Shown in pieces: positions 41,970 to 51,333 of a stretch of DNA of 64,000 nt. The notes beneath the pieces were generated by a model. That model saw only the letters and a program-made list of their open reading frames with translations, did no database searches and was not told the origin of the DNA. The stretch is from an uncultured Gammaproteobacteria bacterium. Its GTDB lineage: Bacteria; Patescibacteriota; Microgenomatia; UBA12405; JAHJSD01. Both the position numbers and the translations under genes were made by a program. How positions within the stretch are numbered: position 1 is the stretch's first letter; each line of letters begins with the position of its first letter. The stretch is from positions 2,251 to 66,250 of the forward strand of contig CAYRYE010000002.1 of NCBI GenBank assembly GCA_964428655.1, read 5' to 3'.

Positions 41970-42842
41970 TTATCTTATTTTAACATCCCCGACAAATAGT
42001 TGAATGTCTCCCCTTACTTGATCGGCCAGTTTTATCTCACATCCAAAATTCTTTTCAAGACGCCGGACGGTAACCGTCTTCATTAGTTCCGATCTCCTGA
42101 TAAACAACAGGCAGTAATGACTGCCCTCAAAATCCTTATCGCCAACCTCAACTACCCTTCCTCCCATATTATTAATAATTTCGCCCATTCTTTGGGCTAA
42201 ACCAGTAATATCACCTGTGTTAAAAATGCTAACGGCCAAATCTTCATTTTTAACCAATGGATCTGTGAAAAAACCCCCAATTTCCTCCTCGACTCTTCCT
42301 GGGTCAATTACCAAGAGCTGAGAACCATCAGGAAGGGTTTTCTTTTCTGCAAAAATAGACAAATCAGTCATCTGCCAAACCAATTCCCGGTTCTTCAAAA
42401 ATCGCCAAAGTCTCCAGTAGTCAATTGACAAGGGTGGAAAGAAAAACTTCTGTAATTGAGTTTTTATTGACCCTCTCCACTCCGAATTTACTACTAAATC
42501 GTTATTAGCTACTATTCCCCTATCAATTGGCAATTTCAGAAAATAAGACAAGCTGTGGATAAAAATATTAATGCTCTCTTCTTGCTCTGCCAAAAGAGAG
42601 AGTTTTCCGGCCTGATACTTGCCAAACCAAGGCGTTTCAATTTCTAAATCTGATGGTACCAACACCAAAGCAACAACACTTTTCGCTGGCGTAACTGCCA
42701 GAATCAAGATGTCTTTCTCTCTAGTCTCAATCGCTAAAGTAATCTGGCTTTTTCCATCCCATTGATTATGAAACCAAGGCAAAAGCCCTCTTCCCAGTCC
42801 AAGAATTAATAAAACAACAAAAACAAATAAAACAATCCTCAT
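41970..42842 (-). CDS. membrane-anchored protein with LytR C-terminal-like domain
   Basis: N-terminal TM; VSIFNTG..TGLA...DIQLFVG. Confidence 0.7.
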   Translation of the reverse strand: MRIVLFVFVVLLILGLGRGLLPWFHNQWDGKSQITLAIETREKDILILAVTPAKSVVALVLVPSDLEIETPWFGKYQAGKLSLLAEQEESINIFIHSLSYFLKLPIDRGIVANNDLVVNSEWRGSIKTQLQKFFFPPLSIDYWRLWRFLKNRELVWQMTDLSIFAEKKTLPDGSQLLVIDPGRVEEEIGGFFTDPLVKNEDLAVSIFNTGDITGLAQRMGEIINNMGGRVVEVGDKDFEGSHYCLLFIRRSELMKTVTVRRLEKNFGCEIKLADQVRGDIQLFVGDVKIR

Positions 42843-43537
42843 GATGTCTTAATTATGGAGGCTAATGAGCTAGGCAGCTCTACTGAAAATTTCATTCTTT
42901 TTTCAGTTTGTGGGTGAGTGAACTCTATCTCTTTAGCTACTAAAAACATTAGCTTACCTCGCTCCTTTCTCCCCCCATAAAGGTTATCGCCAAATATCGG
43001 GTGACCTAAATATTTAAGATGCACTCTTAATTGATGAGTTCTGCCTGTTTTAGGTTTTACTTTAATTAGAGTAAAATTATCTCCGTCAATTATAATATTT
43101 TTAATTACTTGATACCATGTTTCCGCTGACCTTCCTCCCGGTATCACTCCAAATCTGAATCGTTTCCAGGGCACTCGTCCTAAAGGAGCAACTATCTTGC
43201 CCGATCCCGATAAAAACCCTTTCACCAATGCCCAATATGTTTTCTCAACTTCCCTCTTTTTGAATTGATACTGCAGATCTACGAAAGCTGATTTCTTTTT
43301 CGCCACTAAAATTATTCCCCATGTTTCCTTGTCTAGCCGATGAACAATACCTGCTCTTCCTTCAATACGTATTCCAAATTCTTCTTCCACCCAATTTTGA
43401 AGCGTTTTCCCTTTGTAACTTGCTGTTCTCAAAGTTACTAAGCCACCCGGTTTATTGAGGATCAAAAGAAATTTATCCTGGTGTATTACTTCCACCGCCC
43501 TATTTCTTTTTGCTCTTTTTCTGCATACATTTAACAC
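42839..43537 (-). CDS. RluA family pseudouridine synthase (true start probably near 43495)
   Basis: NKPGG, HRLDKET, TGRTHQLRVH, GHPIFGD. Confidence 0.92.
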   Translation of the reverse strand: MLNVCRKRAKRNRAVEVIHQDKFLLILNKPGGLVTLRTASYKGKTLQNWVEEEFGIRIEGRAGIVHRLDKETWGIILVAKKKSAFVDLQYQFKKREVEKTYWALVKGFLSGSGKIVAPLGRVPWKRFRFGVIPGGRSAETWYQVIKNIIIDGDNFTLIKVKPKTGRTHQLRVHLKYLGHPIFGDNLYGGRKERGKLMFLVAKEIEFTHPQTEKRMKFSVELPSSLASIIKTS

Positions 43538-43889
43538 AAATCGTTGTCTCGGGATAAATCATTAACCTCTTGGTAATAATAAACTCGCCACACTTTTCAC
43601 AAATACCATATCGGCCGACTTTAACTCTTGATAAAGCTTTCTTTATCTGAATCATTCTCTTAGTTATCTGCTTACCTACTGCCTCAAGCCGGGCGTGGCC
43701 AAACTGTTCATCCGCTTCAAAATCAGGCGCAGCGTTATCATTTACTCTATCTTCATTAGCAAAGGGATCATCTTTTTTTACCTGCTTTCTATGCCTTTTG
43801 AGCTTCCTCAATTCGTCCATCAAGAACGATTTAACCGGTTCCAGAACTACCGCTGGAAACTTAAATTTAGAATTTTTTTTCTTTGCCAT
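43500..43889 (-). CDS. TraR/DksA C4 zinc-finger protein
   Basis: YGICEKCGEFI...RL...P....CVKC. Confidence 0.9.
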   Translation of the reverse strand: MAKKKNSKFKFPAVVLEPVKSFLMDELRKLKRHRKQVKKDDPFANEDRVNDNAAPDFEADEQFGHARLEAVGKQITKRMIQIKKALSRVKVGRYGICEKCGEFIITKRLMIYPETTICVKCMQKKSKKK

Positions 43890-43903
43890 TTAATTCTCTT
43901 TTC

Positions 43904-44479
43904 CTAATCACTAATCCTACCATTTTTCGTCTCTTTTTTTCTTCCCGAAAGTAAAAGTGCTACCCCTAAACAAATCAAAAAGACAACTAACCAAACTACT
44001 GATTTTAACAGTCTCTGCTGCCAAAAATCAAGAAGAATATTGAACAGTGACAATATTGCCAAATTTACTAGGAATAAAAATCCCATCTTACCGCTGGGAT
44101 ACCAAGAAAAGCGGCGATAATTTCTCCAAACAAGATTAGATAAGATTACCAGTAAATAAACAGCCGATTCCCATTGGATAAACTTGGCTATAAATAAACT
44201 CACCAAACCAGGCAAGGCGGCTGATTCCAAAACTTCCCAAAACCGCCAAGAATAATAGTGGGAAAATATAAAAACCACAATAACTAAACCCATTAAAATA
44301 GCAAAAAGGCCTAATTCATATCTTTTTCCCAGCCACCAAAGTGAAAAACAAACCACTACTCCCAACAAGCTGGCTTTTACTACCTCTTCATCATCGTAGT
44401 CTTCTTTAAGTTTACGGAAAATTTGAAATAGAAAAAACAAAACGGCAAGACCAACCAAGCCTAATCTTAAATGTTCCAT
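43904..44479 (-). CDS. membrane protein (distantly Lgt-like)
   Basis: Hydrophobic; YRRFSWYPSGKMG; start moved to ATG 44479 because the longer ORF overlaps tRNA-Leu. Confidence 0.7.
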   Translation of the reverse strand: MEHLRLGLVGLAVLFFLFQIFRKLKEDYDDEEVVKASLLGVVVCFSLWWLGKRYELGLFAILMGLVIVVFIFSHYYSWRFWEVLESAALPGLVSLFIAKFIQWESAVYLLVILSNLVWRNYRRFSWYPSGKMGFLFLVNLAILSLFNILLDFWQQRLLKSVVWLVVFLICLGVALLLSGRKKETKNGRISD

Positions 44480-44555
44480 TTGCTCCAAATAATACCACTC
44501 CTCTACTCGGTTGTCACCTCTATTGATAATCTGGTAAACTAGAGTAATTTTTGCC

Positions 44556-44640
44556 GCCGTGGTGCTGGAATTGGCAGACAGGCTGGTCTCAAAAACCAGT
44601 GTCCCTTTGGGACATGAGGGTTCGACTCCCTCCCACGGCA
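44556..44640 (+). tRNA. tRNA-Leu(CAA)
   Basis: Acceptor GCCGTGG/CCACGGC, A73; anticodon arm CTGGT-CTCAAAA-ACCAG; long variable arm; TTCGACT loop. Confidence 0.95.
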
Positions 44641-44742
44641 CAGTTGCGGATTTTTCAATCGCGCGCGAGCCGCGCCAAGCTTCGCGGCGAGCGCGCTAAA
44701 GGCTAAATCGTAAGAAAATTCAAGGCGGCCGGTTTTTAAGAT

Positions 44743-45114
44743 TTACCAATATTTTTTAATCCCCTTTATTGAAAGCAGTTTTTTGTCAAAAGAGGCCAGC
44801 TCCCTTCCAAAAGAATAAGCGGCTATTAAACAATCAGCCATATCTAATTTACTAGATTCAAAGATCTCTACGGCCTTCTTCACTGTTTTGCTAAGCTTAA
44901 TGTTTTTTTGGGAAATTAAAAACTTAAATATAGAAATTATTTTATTTCGCCCGGTTTTATAGCTTCCGGTTAACACATATTCCAGTTCCGGAAAAACAAC
45001 TTCGGGAATAAAAATATCCTTTTTGCCTTCCAGAAGAGTTTTAACCTTTAACGCTTTTTCAGGCTCATCATTAGTAAAAAAGCGAATCAAAGAATTAGTA
45101 TCCAAACAAATCAT
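44743..45114 (-). CDS. vapC: PIN-domain toxin (VapC)
   Basis: LDTNSL, ELEYVL, DMADCLI, SFDKKL. Confidence 0.9.
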   Translation of the reverse strand: MICLDTNSLIRFFTNDEPEKALKVKTLLEGKKDIFIPEVVFPELEYVLTGSYKTGRNKIISIFKFLISQKNIKLSKTVKKAVEIFESSKLDMADCLIAAYSFGRELASFDKKLLSIKGIKKYW

Positions 45115-45356
45115 TGCTTTTTAAATTTTTTAATCACTCTTTTAGTAATGACCTTTTTATATTCCTCTTTAGAAATAACTCTTTTAGACTTGATCGTCCC
45201 AAACATCTCATCTACAGAAATAATTGGCCTAGCTACTATTTTATCGTCCTCTATCCCAAAAAAAAGCCTATCTGAAGGTTTAAGATTGAAAAATTGCCTA
45301 ATTGGTTGAGGAATAACTACTTGCCCTCTTTGAGTAATTGTTGCAATGCCATTCAT
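45111..45356 (-). CDS. vapB: AbrB/MazE-type antitoxin
   Basis: TITQRGQVVIPQPIR; overlaps the PIN gene; start placed at ATG 45356. Confidence 0.9.
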   Translation of the reverse strand: MNGIATITQRGQVVIPQPIRQFFNLKPSDRLFFGIEDDKIVARPIISVDEMFGTIKSKRVISKEEYKKVITKRVIKKFKKQ

Positions 45357-45428
45357 AATAGTAATTACCTTATACGATCTTACTCTATTTGTCAAGTATT
45401 ACTTTCTGATTAAAGTCTTATTTACAGT

Positions 45429-46745
45429 TTACTTACTCGCGTTGAAGAAGCTGATTCTGTTAGGATTAAAGTAGAGACCAAAGGAACCAACCCGGCCATT
45501 GCGGTGTTTGGCAATCTCAGAGGTAACCGCCTCCTTATTTTCTTCATCCTCTTTATAAATAAAAATAACCACATCAGCATCTTGCTCAATTGACCCACTT
45601 TCTCTCAAATCAGCTAAACGAGGCCTCGCGCTTCCTCGGGTTTCAACTGCTCTGGAAAGCTGAGAAAGAGCCAAGACCGGCACCTTAAGCTCTCGGGCTA
45701 AATTTTTCAAACCCTGAGAAATTTCAGAGACCTCTTGAACCCTGCTGTCCCAACGGCGCTTAGTTCTCATTAATTGGAGATAATCGACTACAATCATCTT
45801 TAAATCAACATCTATTTGTAATCTTCTAGCTTTTGTCCTTATTTCCAAGATAGATGAAGCTGGAGTATCATCAACATATAAAGGCGCCTCTGCTAAAATA
45901 CCCATTGCATCGGATAATTTAGACAGATCGCCATCATCCAATCGACCAGTTTTCATTTTCCAAGCATCAATATCAGCTTGTCCCACTAACAATCGATCAA
46001 CTAACTCTTCTTTGCTCATCTCCAGGGAAAAGAAACAGACCGGCAACTTTTCCTCAACAGCTATATAGCGAGCCATATTTAGTGCCCAAGCTGTTTTTCC
46101 TATGCCTGGCCGAGCCGCCAAAATGATTAGGTTGCTGGCTTGAAAACCAGCCAGAAGATTATCTAAATCTTTAAATCCGCTAGAAACCCCTCTTAGGCCC
46201 GAAGTTCTCTTCTGCAGTTCATCTAAACGATCAAAGCTTTCTGCCAGAGCATCTCTTAAAGAGGTAGGCGTCTGTTTCAGATGCCGCTGACTCAAGGAAA
46301 ATATCTCTTGCTCTGCCCGATCAAGAACTTCCTGAGTATCCAATCTTTCATCAAAAGCAGCTTCATTTATCAACGCTGAAGCAGCAATCAGTTCTCTTTT
46401 GATATATAAATCCCTAATGATCTGGGCATAAGAAACAACATGGGCTGAAGTGGGCACCGCATTGGTTAACCTTGCCAGATAAGTCCTCCCCCCCACCCTA
46501 CTTAGACTTTTTTTCTTTTTCAAATTTTCTGCAATAGTAATCAAATCAATGGGCGTTCTCTTTTCATAAAGTTCTAAAGTAGTCTCAAAAATCAGACCAT
46601 GGCTGGGATTGTAAAAACACTCGGGGTGAAGAATATCGGCAATTTCTACAATTGCATTCTTATCAATTAGAACAGAGCCTAAAAGCGAAATCTCCGCTTC
46701 TTCTGAGTGGGGCGGAATTTTCAGTTTTTGAGGTTTGTCAGCCAT
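45429..46745 (-). CDS. dnaB: replicative DNA helicase
   Basis: PPHSEEAE, ARPGIGKT, VDYLQL, SQLSR, DLRESGSIEQDAD, KHRNG. Confidence 0.97.
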   Translation of the reverse strand: MADKPQKLKIPPHSEEAEISLLGSVLIDKNAIVEIADILHPECFYNPSHGLIFETTLELYEKRTPIDLITIAENLKKKKSLSRVGGRTYLARLTNAVPTSAHVVSYAQIIRDLYIKRELIAASALINEAAFDERLDTQEVLDRAEQEIFSLSQRHLKQTPTSLRDALAESFDRLDELQKRTSGLRGVSSGFKDLDNLLAGFQASNLIILAARPGIGKTAWALNMARYIAVEEKLPVCFFSLEMSKEELVDRLLVGQADIDAWKMKTGRLDDGDLSKLSDAMGILAEAPLYVDDTPASSILEIRTKARRLQIDVDLKMIVVDYLQLMRTKRRWDSRVQEVSEISQGLKNLARELKVPVLALSQLSRAVETRGSARPRLADLRESGSIEQDADVVIFIYKEDEENKEAVTSEIAKHRNGRVGSFGLYFNPNRISFFNASK

Positions 46746-47316
46746 GTTTCGATTTTAGCAGGACAAGCCTTGTTTCGTCCGGCAATTCATTATGTTTCAA
46801 CACTAACTTTTCTTTGGGTTCTAAATCTTCTTGATCCATCTCGTCCAAAAATGAATTTAAACATCCTAAAGTCCAATCACCCTCTCCCGCTGTACCAGGA
46901 ATAACAATCAATGGAGAAAGTCTCTTAATTGCCTCCTTTGCCTTCCCGACCTTCCTTTTTTTATTGGGCAAAATCAAAAACAGGATATCAATCTGCCCCA
47001 ATGACTCCACTTTCTTATCGTCAGGAATTTTCCAGCTATTATTCATGAAGCAAAAATGCCAGTAGCCAATCTTAATCTGCCAGTAGCCATCTCTCCCTCC
47101 CCAAACTTCTATTCCACCAATTTCATATTCGCCTGGGCCGATGATAAAAAAAGGTTTATCTCTACTCTTTGCCGAAATTCTATTCCTGAACTTTTCCACA
47201 TCAGCGCTAGTTACAACCAAATCAGCTTCTACTTTCCCACTGGGTTGCCCCAAAAGCAAATAACTGCCTTTTTCACGAATACGAAAGCAATCCCCACCAA
47301 GATATTTAATCTCCAT
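46738..47316 (-). CDS. MBL-fold-like protein lacking the metal-binding His motif
   Basis: MEIKYLG..CF.I, GPGEYEIGG, IDILF, IVIP; no HxHxDH. Confidence 0.7.
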   Translation of the reverse strand: MEIKYLGGDCFRIREKGSYLLLGQPSGKVEADLVVTSADVEKFRNRISAKSRDKPFFIIGPGEYEIGGIEVWGGRDGYWQIKIGYWHFCFMNNSWKIPDDKKVESLGQIDILFLILPNKKRKVGKAKEAIKRLSPLIVIPGTAGEGDWTLGCLNSFLDEMDQEDLEPKEKLVLKHNELPDETRLVLLKSKHG

Positions 47317-47453
47317 AATTGATCTTTTTAATTTTATCAGTTATTGAATGACAGAACAAGATACGCCTAGATAATATCTAAATATCACAAACTATAACAT
47401 ATTTCCCATCTTGACAGAAATAAATAATTCCCATATATTGAAGTTGTAGGAAA

Positions 47454-47903
47454 ATGAAAAAAGAGTTGGGTTTAGCAATTCTGTTCGGCAGTATCTTAGG
47501 ATTTACAATTACCGGTCTTTTTTGGGCTAAAAAAGAAGGTAAACTAAATTTTAGAAAACAAACTTCCCCCGGTGAAGAAGAACAATCGGAAACAACGCCA
47601 ACTTCCCCCCCGGCTGAAAAGTCAGAAAAGGCATCTGTTTTTTTGGAAATCAAAGAACCTGAAAACGAGATCATTAGTCGAGAAGAAAGTCTAGTTATTA
47701 AGGGCGAAACTGTTGCCGAGGCTACTGTAGTTGTTATCTGGGAAGAAGGCGAGGATATTTTGGTTGCTGATGAAAACGGTCAATTTGAAACTGAAATTAC
47801 CCTTATTGGCGGCGAAAACGTAATTGAAATTTCTTCATACGATGACGAAGGAAACGACGCTTCCGAAAATCTAATAGTTACCTATTCCACGGCAAAAATA
47901 TAA
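47454..47903 (+). CDS. membrane-anchored Ig-like domain protein
   Basis: N-terminal TM; G.F...I.L..GEN.I.I...D..GN; TTGACA-N17-TATATT upstream at 47411-47439. Confidence 0.75.
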   Translation: MKKELGLAILFGSILGFTITGLFWAKKEGKLNFRKQTSPGEEEQSETTPTSPPAEKSEKASVFLEIKEPENEIISREESLVIKGETVAEATVVVIWEEGEDILVADENGQFETEITLIGGENVIEISSYDDEGNDASENLIVTYSTAKI

Positions 47904-47917
47904 AAATCTCTTTAATA

Positions 47918-48652
47918 ATGAGTAAAAAAAGAATCCTTTTAATCACCATTATTCTTCTAATTCTAGTTTTTGGTCCAATAACTATTCTGGCTACGGAAAC
48001 GAACAATGAAGAGGGCACCATTGCTGGGGAACTTAGCAATGAAATGGACGAAAACCAAGAAAAAATAGACGAGCTGAGAAAAAGTATCCAGGAAAAAGTC
48101 GAAGAAAAACTCAACAGCATCATTAACGATCAAGAAAGACGCAGTTGGATCGGAATCATTAAAGAAAAAATGGAAACCGGCTTCAAGTTAGAAAGCGGGG
48201 ATAAAACCAGAACAGTTACTATCAATGACGAGGTTGTAATTATTAACGAAAAAAGAAAAAGTATTGAATTTGATGATCTAGAAGTCAATCAGAGGCTGGT
48301 TGCTATGGGCTACGCCCAAATTGACAATACTTTAGAGGCCAAAAGAATTGTCCTTCTTCCAAAGGCAGTAGAGAGGAAAATTAAAGTGATTTTTGGAACC
48401 ATTAAAGACAAATCAGAAGAGAACGAAATCCTATTAGTTACCACTCATGATGAACAAGAGTATGAATTAATATTGGGAAAGGAAACAAAATTAAAACAAC
48501 GGGTCGAAAATAAAATGGAGGAAATAAAATATCAGGAAATTAAAACTGGTCAGAAAATAATTGCCGTCATAACCCCGACTAAAAGCAATAGCTCTACTTA
48601 TGACGTCAAGTCTGTTTTAGTTATATCACCCTCCCCCGCCCCAACAGAATAA
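47918..48652 (+). CDS. exported hypothetical protein with two repeated beta-barrel-like domains
   Basis: Signal peptide, coiled coil, two similar domains. Confidence 0.7.
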   Translation: MSKKRILLITIILLILVFGPITILATETNNEEGTIAGELSNEMDENQEKIDELRKSIQEKVEEKLNSIINDQERRSWIGIIKEKMETGFKLESGDKTRTVTINDEVVIINEKRKSIEFDDLEVNQRLVAMGYAQIDNTLEAKRIVLLPKAVERKIKVIFGTIKDKSEENEILLVTTHDEQEYELILGKETKLKQRVENKMEEIKYQEIKTGQKIIAVITPTKSNSSTYDVKSVLVISPSPAPTE

Positions 48653-48662
48653 TTTGCAATAT

Positions 48663-48690
48663 TTGACAGGACAGAATTCTATGTTATGAT
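48663..48690 (+). promoter_or_regulatory. sigma70-like promoter for leader-tRNA-His(-hisS)
   Basis: TTGACA-N16-TATGAT with extended TG. Confidence 0.7.
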
Positions 48691-48700
48691 AATTATCAAG

Positions 48701-48787
48701 ATGATAGAAAATATTGTTGTTAAAAGGAGTTGTGAAAACCATCATCACCAATTAATTAAAGAGTTGGCGGTGGTGCTATGCCGTTAG
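48701..48787 (+). CDS. putative His-sensing leader peptide (28 aa)
   Basis: MIENIVVKRSCENHHHQLIKELAVVLCR*; CAT CAT CAC at 48740-48748, directly upstream of terminator, tRNA-His and hisS. Confidence 0.75.
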   Translation: MIENIVVKRSCENHHHQLIKELAVVLCR

Positions 48788-48812
48788 TAAGTAAATAAAG
48801 AAATAATAATTC

Positions 48813-48837
48813 ACCCCGTCAACCGACGGGGTTTTTT
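48813..48837 (+). terminator. intrinsic terminator of the His attenuator
   Basis: ACCCCGTC-AACC-GACGGGGT followed by TTTTT; its 5' arm can pair alternatively with 48763-48775. Confidence 0.85.
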
Positions 48838-48911
48838 GGTGGCTGTAGCTCAGTGGTTAGAGCATCTCGCTGTGAACGAGAAGGTCAGGGGTTCAAATCC
48901 CCCCAGCCACC
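48838..48911 (+). tRNA. tRNA-His(GTG) with encoded G-1
   Basis: G-1, acceptor GTGGCTG/CAGCCAC, C73; anticodon arm TCTCG-CTGTGAA-CGAGA; TTCAAAT loop (A:C mismatch at the base of the T stem). Confidence 0.93.
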
Positions 48912-49029
48912 CTAGAATTGGAGCCAAGCGGCGGAATTAAGTTTAAAAAGTCAGAAAAAATATTTAAAAAAATTATTACTCAATTGCTCAACTAGCCTAT
49001 CCCAATCTGTGATATTATAAAAAGTAAGC

Positions 49030-50352
49030 ATGATTAAAAAATCAAAAAAAATCATCAGTCCGCAAACCCTTAAGGGTTTCAGGGATTTTTATGGCTCTGA
49101 TGCTAGAACTAGAGAATATATAATTAGTGTCTTTAAATCAGTATTCGAAAAATACGGCTACGAACCTTTGGAAACACCGGCTCTGGAATACGCTGAAGTT
49201 CTCTTGGGAAAAAGCGGTGAAGAAATAGATAAATTATCTTATATCTTTAAAGATCCTGGCGGAAGGATAATTGGCCTCAAATACGATATGACTGTTCCTG
49301 CTTGTAGATTTGTGGCCCAAAATTATCAAAAACTAATTTTTCCTTTTAAAAGATATCAAATTCAATTTGCCTGGCGGGCGGAGAAACCTCAAAAGGGTCG
49401 TTTCAGAGAATTTATGCAGTGCGATGCCGATGTCTGGGGAACAGAATCTGTTTTGGTCGACGCTGAATTTATTCAAATGGGGATCGAAGTTACCCAAAAG
49501 CTTGGTTTTAAGAATTTTGTTACCCGAATTAACAATCGAAAAATTATTAACGGCATTCTTCAATATTGCGGCGCTGAAAAAAAACAGTTTTATAATATTT
49601 CCATCTCCGTTGATAAGCTAGAAAAAATTGGTTTGGATGGAGTGGAAAACGAGCTTAAAAAAAGAGATATTAAGGAAAAAATCTCCCAAAAAATTTTAGA
49701 ATTAATCTCTATCGATGGTAATTCCAAAGAAAAACTTAAAATACTTAAAAAGAAATTGAAAGAATACCCTAAAGCAATTGAAGGCATTGAAGAAATAGAA
49801 AAAATATTTTCCTATCTTAAAACTGTTGGGGTTGAAACAAAATATTACAAATATGACCCTTCAATCATTCGAGGTATGGCTTACTACACTGGCCCAATCT
49901 GGGAATTCACTGTTATTGAAGGAGGCGTTGGCTCCATTGGCGGCTGCGGCCGTTATGATAAATTAACTGGCGCCTACACTAATAAAGACATCCCTGCCTC
50001 AGGCGGCTCTTTTGGCATTGAAAGAATCATTGAAGTCATGAAAGATAGAGAAATGATTAGTTTTGACAAAAGCGCTACTAAAGTTCTGGTTACTATTTTT
50101 TCTCCGGAATTGCAGGAACAATCAATCAAGTTGGCTAATAAATTAAGAGGCTCCGGTATTGTCACTGAATTATATTTAGATCCCAAAGTAAAACTGGACA
50201 AGCAGTTGAAATACGCCGATCGGAAGGGAATTCCTTATATCATTATTATCGGCCCGGAGGAAGCAGCTAAAAAGATGGTGGTCATCAAAAATCTTAGCAA
50301 ACGGACACAAAAAACTATTCCTCTTTCTAAAGTTATCCCGGTGTTACAATAG
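49030..50352 (+). CDS. hisS: histidyl-tRNA synthetase
   Basis: KGFRDF, YDMTVP, RAEKPQKGRFREFMQCD, RGMAYYTG, GRYD, GIERI. Confidence 0.97.
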   Translation: MIKKSKKIISPQTLKGFRDFYGSDARTREYIISVFKSVFEKYGYEPLETPALEYAEVLLGKSGEEIDKLSYIFKDPGGRIIGLKYDMTVPACRFVAQNYQKLIFPFKRYQIQFAWRAEKPQKGRFREFMQCDADVWGTESVLVDAEFIQMGIEVTQKLGFKNFVTRINNRKIINGILQYCGAEKKQFYNISISVDKLEKIGLDGVENELKKRDIKEKISQKILELISIDGNSKEKLKILKKKLKEYPKAIEGIEEIEKIFSYLKTVGVETKYYKYDPSIIRGMAYYTGPIWEFTVIEGGVGSIGGCGRYDKLTGAYTNKDIPASGGSFGIERIIEVMKDREMISFDKSATKVLVTIFSPELQEQSIKLANKLRGSGIVTELYLDPKVKLDKQLKYADRKGIPYIIIIGPEEAAKKMVVIKNLSKRTQKTIPLSKVIPVLQ

Positions 50353-50372
50353 TAACTTCGCTAATAAAGTTT

Positions 50373-50624
50373 TTAGCGGTAAAACCTCGTGTCTGGACAT
50401 TGCCAAATTCCATGTCGCTTAGTAAATTGACCTTCTCTGATCTGTCCCAATCGAGGACGAACACTTGGAGGAACATATCTTTCACACCCTAATCTCACGC
50501 ATCTCCATCTTGGACTGCCCCGAGACGAATCGTCTCCCTCTAGTAATATAATTTCCTTCCCAACAAATCGACAAGGAACATTTTTGGTTTTCCTGCGGCG
50601 AATTTTTCTCTCAGTTGCTCTCAT
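50373..50624 (-). CDS. small basic hypothetical protein
   Basis: 83-aa ORF following RF1; Arg/Cys-rich. Confidence 0.4.
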   Translation of the reverse strand: MRATERKIRRRKTKNVPCRFVGKEIILLEGDDSSRGSPRWRCVRLGCERYVPPSVRPRLGQIREGQFTKRHGIWQCPDTRFYR

Positions 50625-50633
50625 GTAAAAAAA

Positions 50634-51317
50634 CTAGCTAAGAATAAGATTAAGACTGCCGTCTAGAATTTCTTCCAAGCGGCGAATTTTTTTGTTGGTG
50701 CGGTGGTCGGTAACACGGTTTTGGGGAAAATTGTAAGTGCGAATTTTTTCCGAACGGCGTCCGGTACCGGCAGATTGACGAATATCGTCAATAAAGCCTG
50801 TTTGTTTTTCCTGCTCTTTTTGCCATAACTTGCTTGCTAAAACCCCTAAGGCTATTTCCCTATTCTTTTGCTGGCTTCTTTCTCTCCGGCTTTCAACAAT
50901 AATGCCTGTTGGTTTATGTTTCAAGCGAACCGCTGTAGAAACTTTATTTACATTCTGCCCGCCATGACCTCCGGCCCGAAAAAAATCCCACTCTAAATTC
51001 TCTTCTTTTATCTCATCTTTGTCAGTAATAACTCTGGGCATGACTATTGTCACTGCCGTTGAAGTATGAATCCTGCCCCTTTTTTCAGTAGCCGGAATTC
51101 TTTGAACACGATGAGTTCCCATTTCTCCCTTTAAAGTTTTATAGCTGTTATCTCCTGTTATAGCAAGAGTCGTCTCATCTACCTGAACTACTTTCCAATT
51201 CTTCTTTTGGGCAAAACGAAAATACATCCGCAACAAATCTTGAGCCCAAAGTTTGGCCTCCAAACCTCCAGGGCCAGAGTAAATTTCAACAATAGTAGTG
51301 TTGGGATCAATACGCAT
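50634..51317 (-). CDS. prfA: peptide chain release factor 1 lacking N-terminal domain 1
   Basis: [10 protein letters not shown] (PxT), [22 protein letters not shown]; only 227 aa. Confidence 0.85.
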   Translation of the reverse strand: MRIDPNTTIVEIYSGPGGLEAKLWAQDLLRMYFRFAQKKNWKVVQVDETTLAITGDNSYKTLKGEMGTHRVQRIPATEKRGRIHTSTAVTIVMPRVITDKDEIKEENLEWDFFRAGGHGGQNVNKVSTAVRLKHKPTGIIVESRRERSQQKNREIALGVLASKLWQKEQEKQTGFIDDIRQSAGTGRRSEKIRTYNFPQNRVTDHRTNKKIRRLEEILDGSLNLILS

Positions 51318-51333
51318 ATGCCGGCTACGAGTC

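Noticed and set aside
44480-44641. N-terminal extension of ORF 43904-44641
   Set aside because: It is the antisense of tRNA-Leu; the real start is ATG 44479
48733-48755. Alternative leader GTG AAA ACC ATC ATC ACC AAT TAA (MKTIITN) after AGGAG
   Set aside because: Only 2 nt between the SD-like motif and the GTG; the His frame matches the downstream tRNA-His/hisS and covers segment 2
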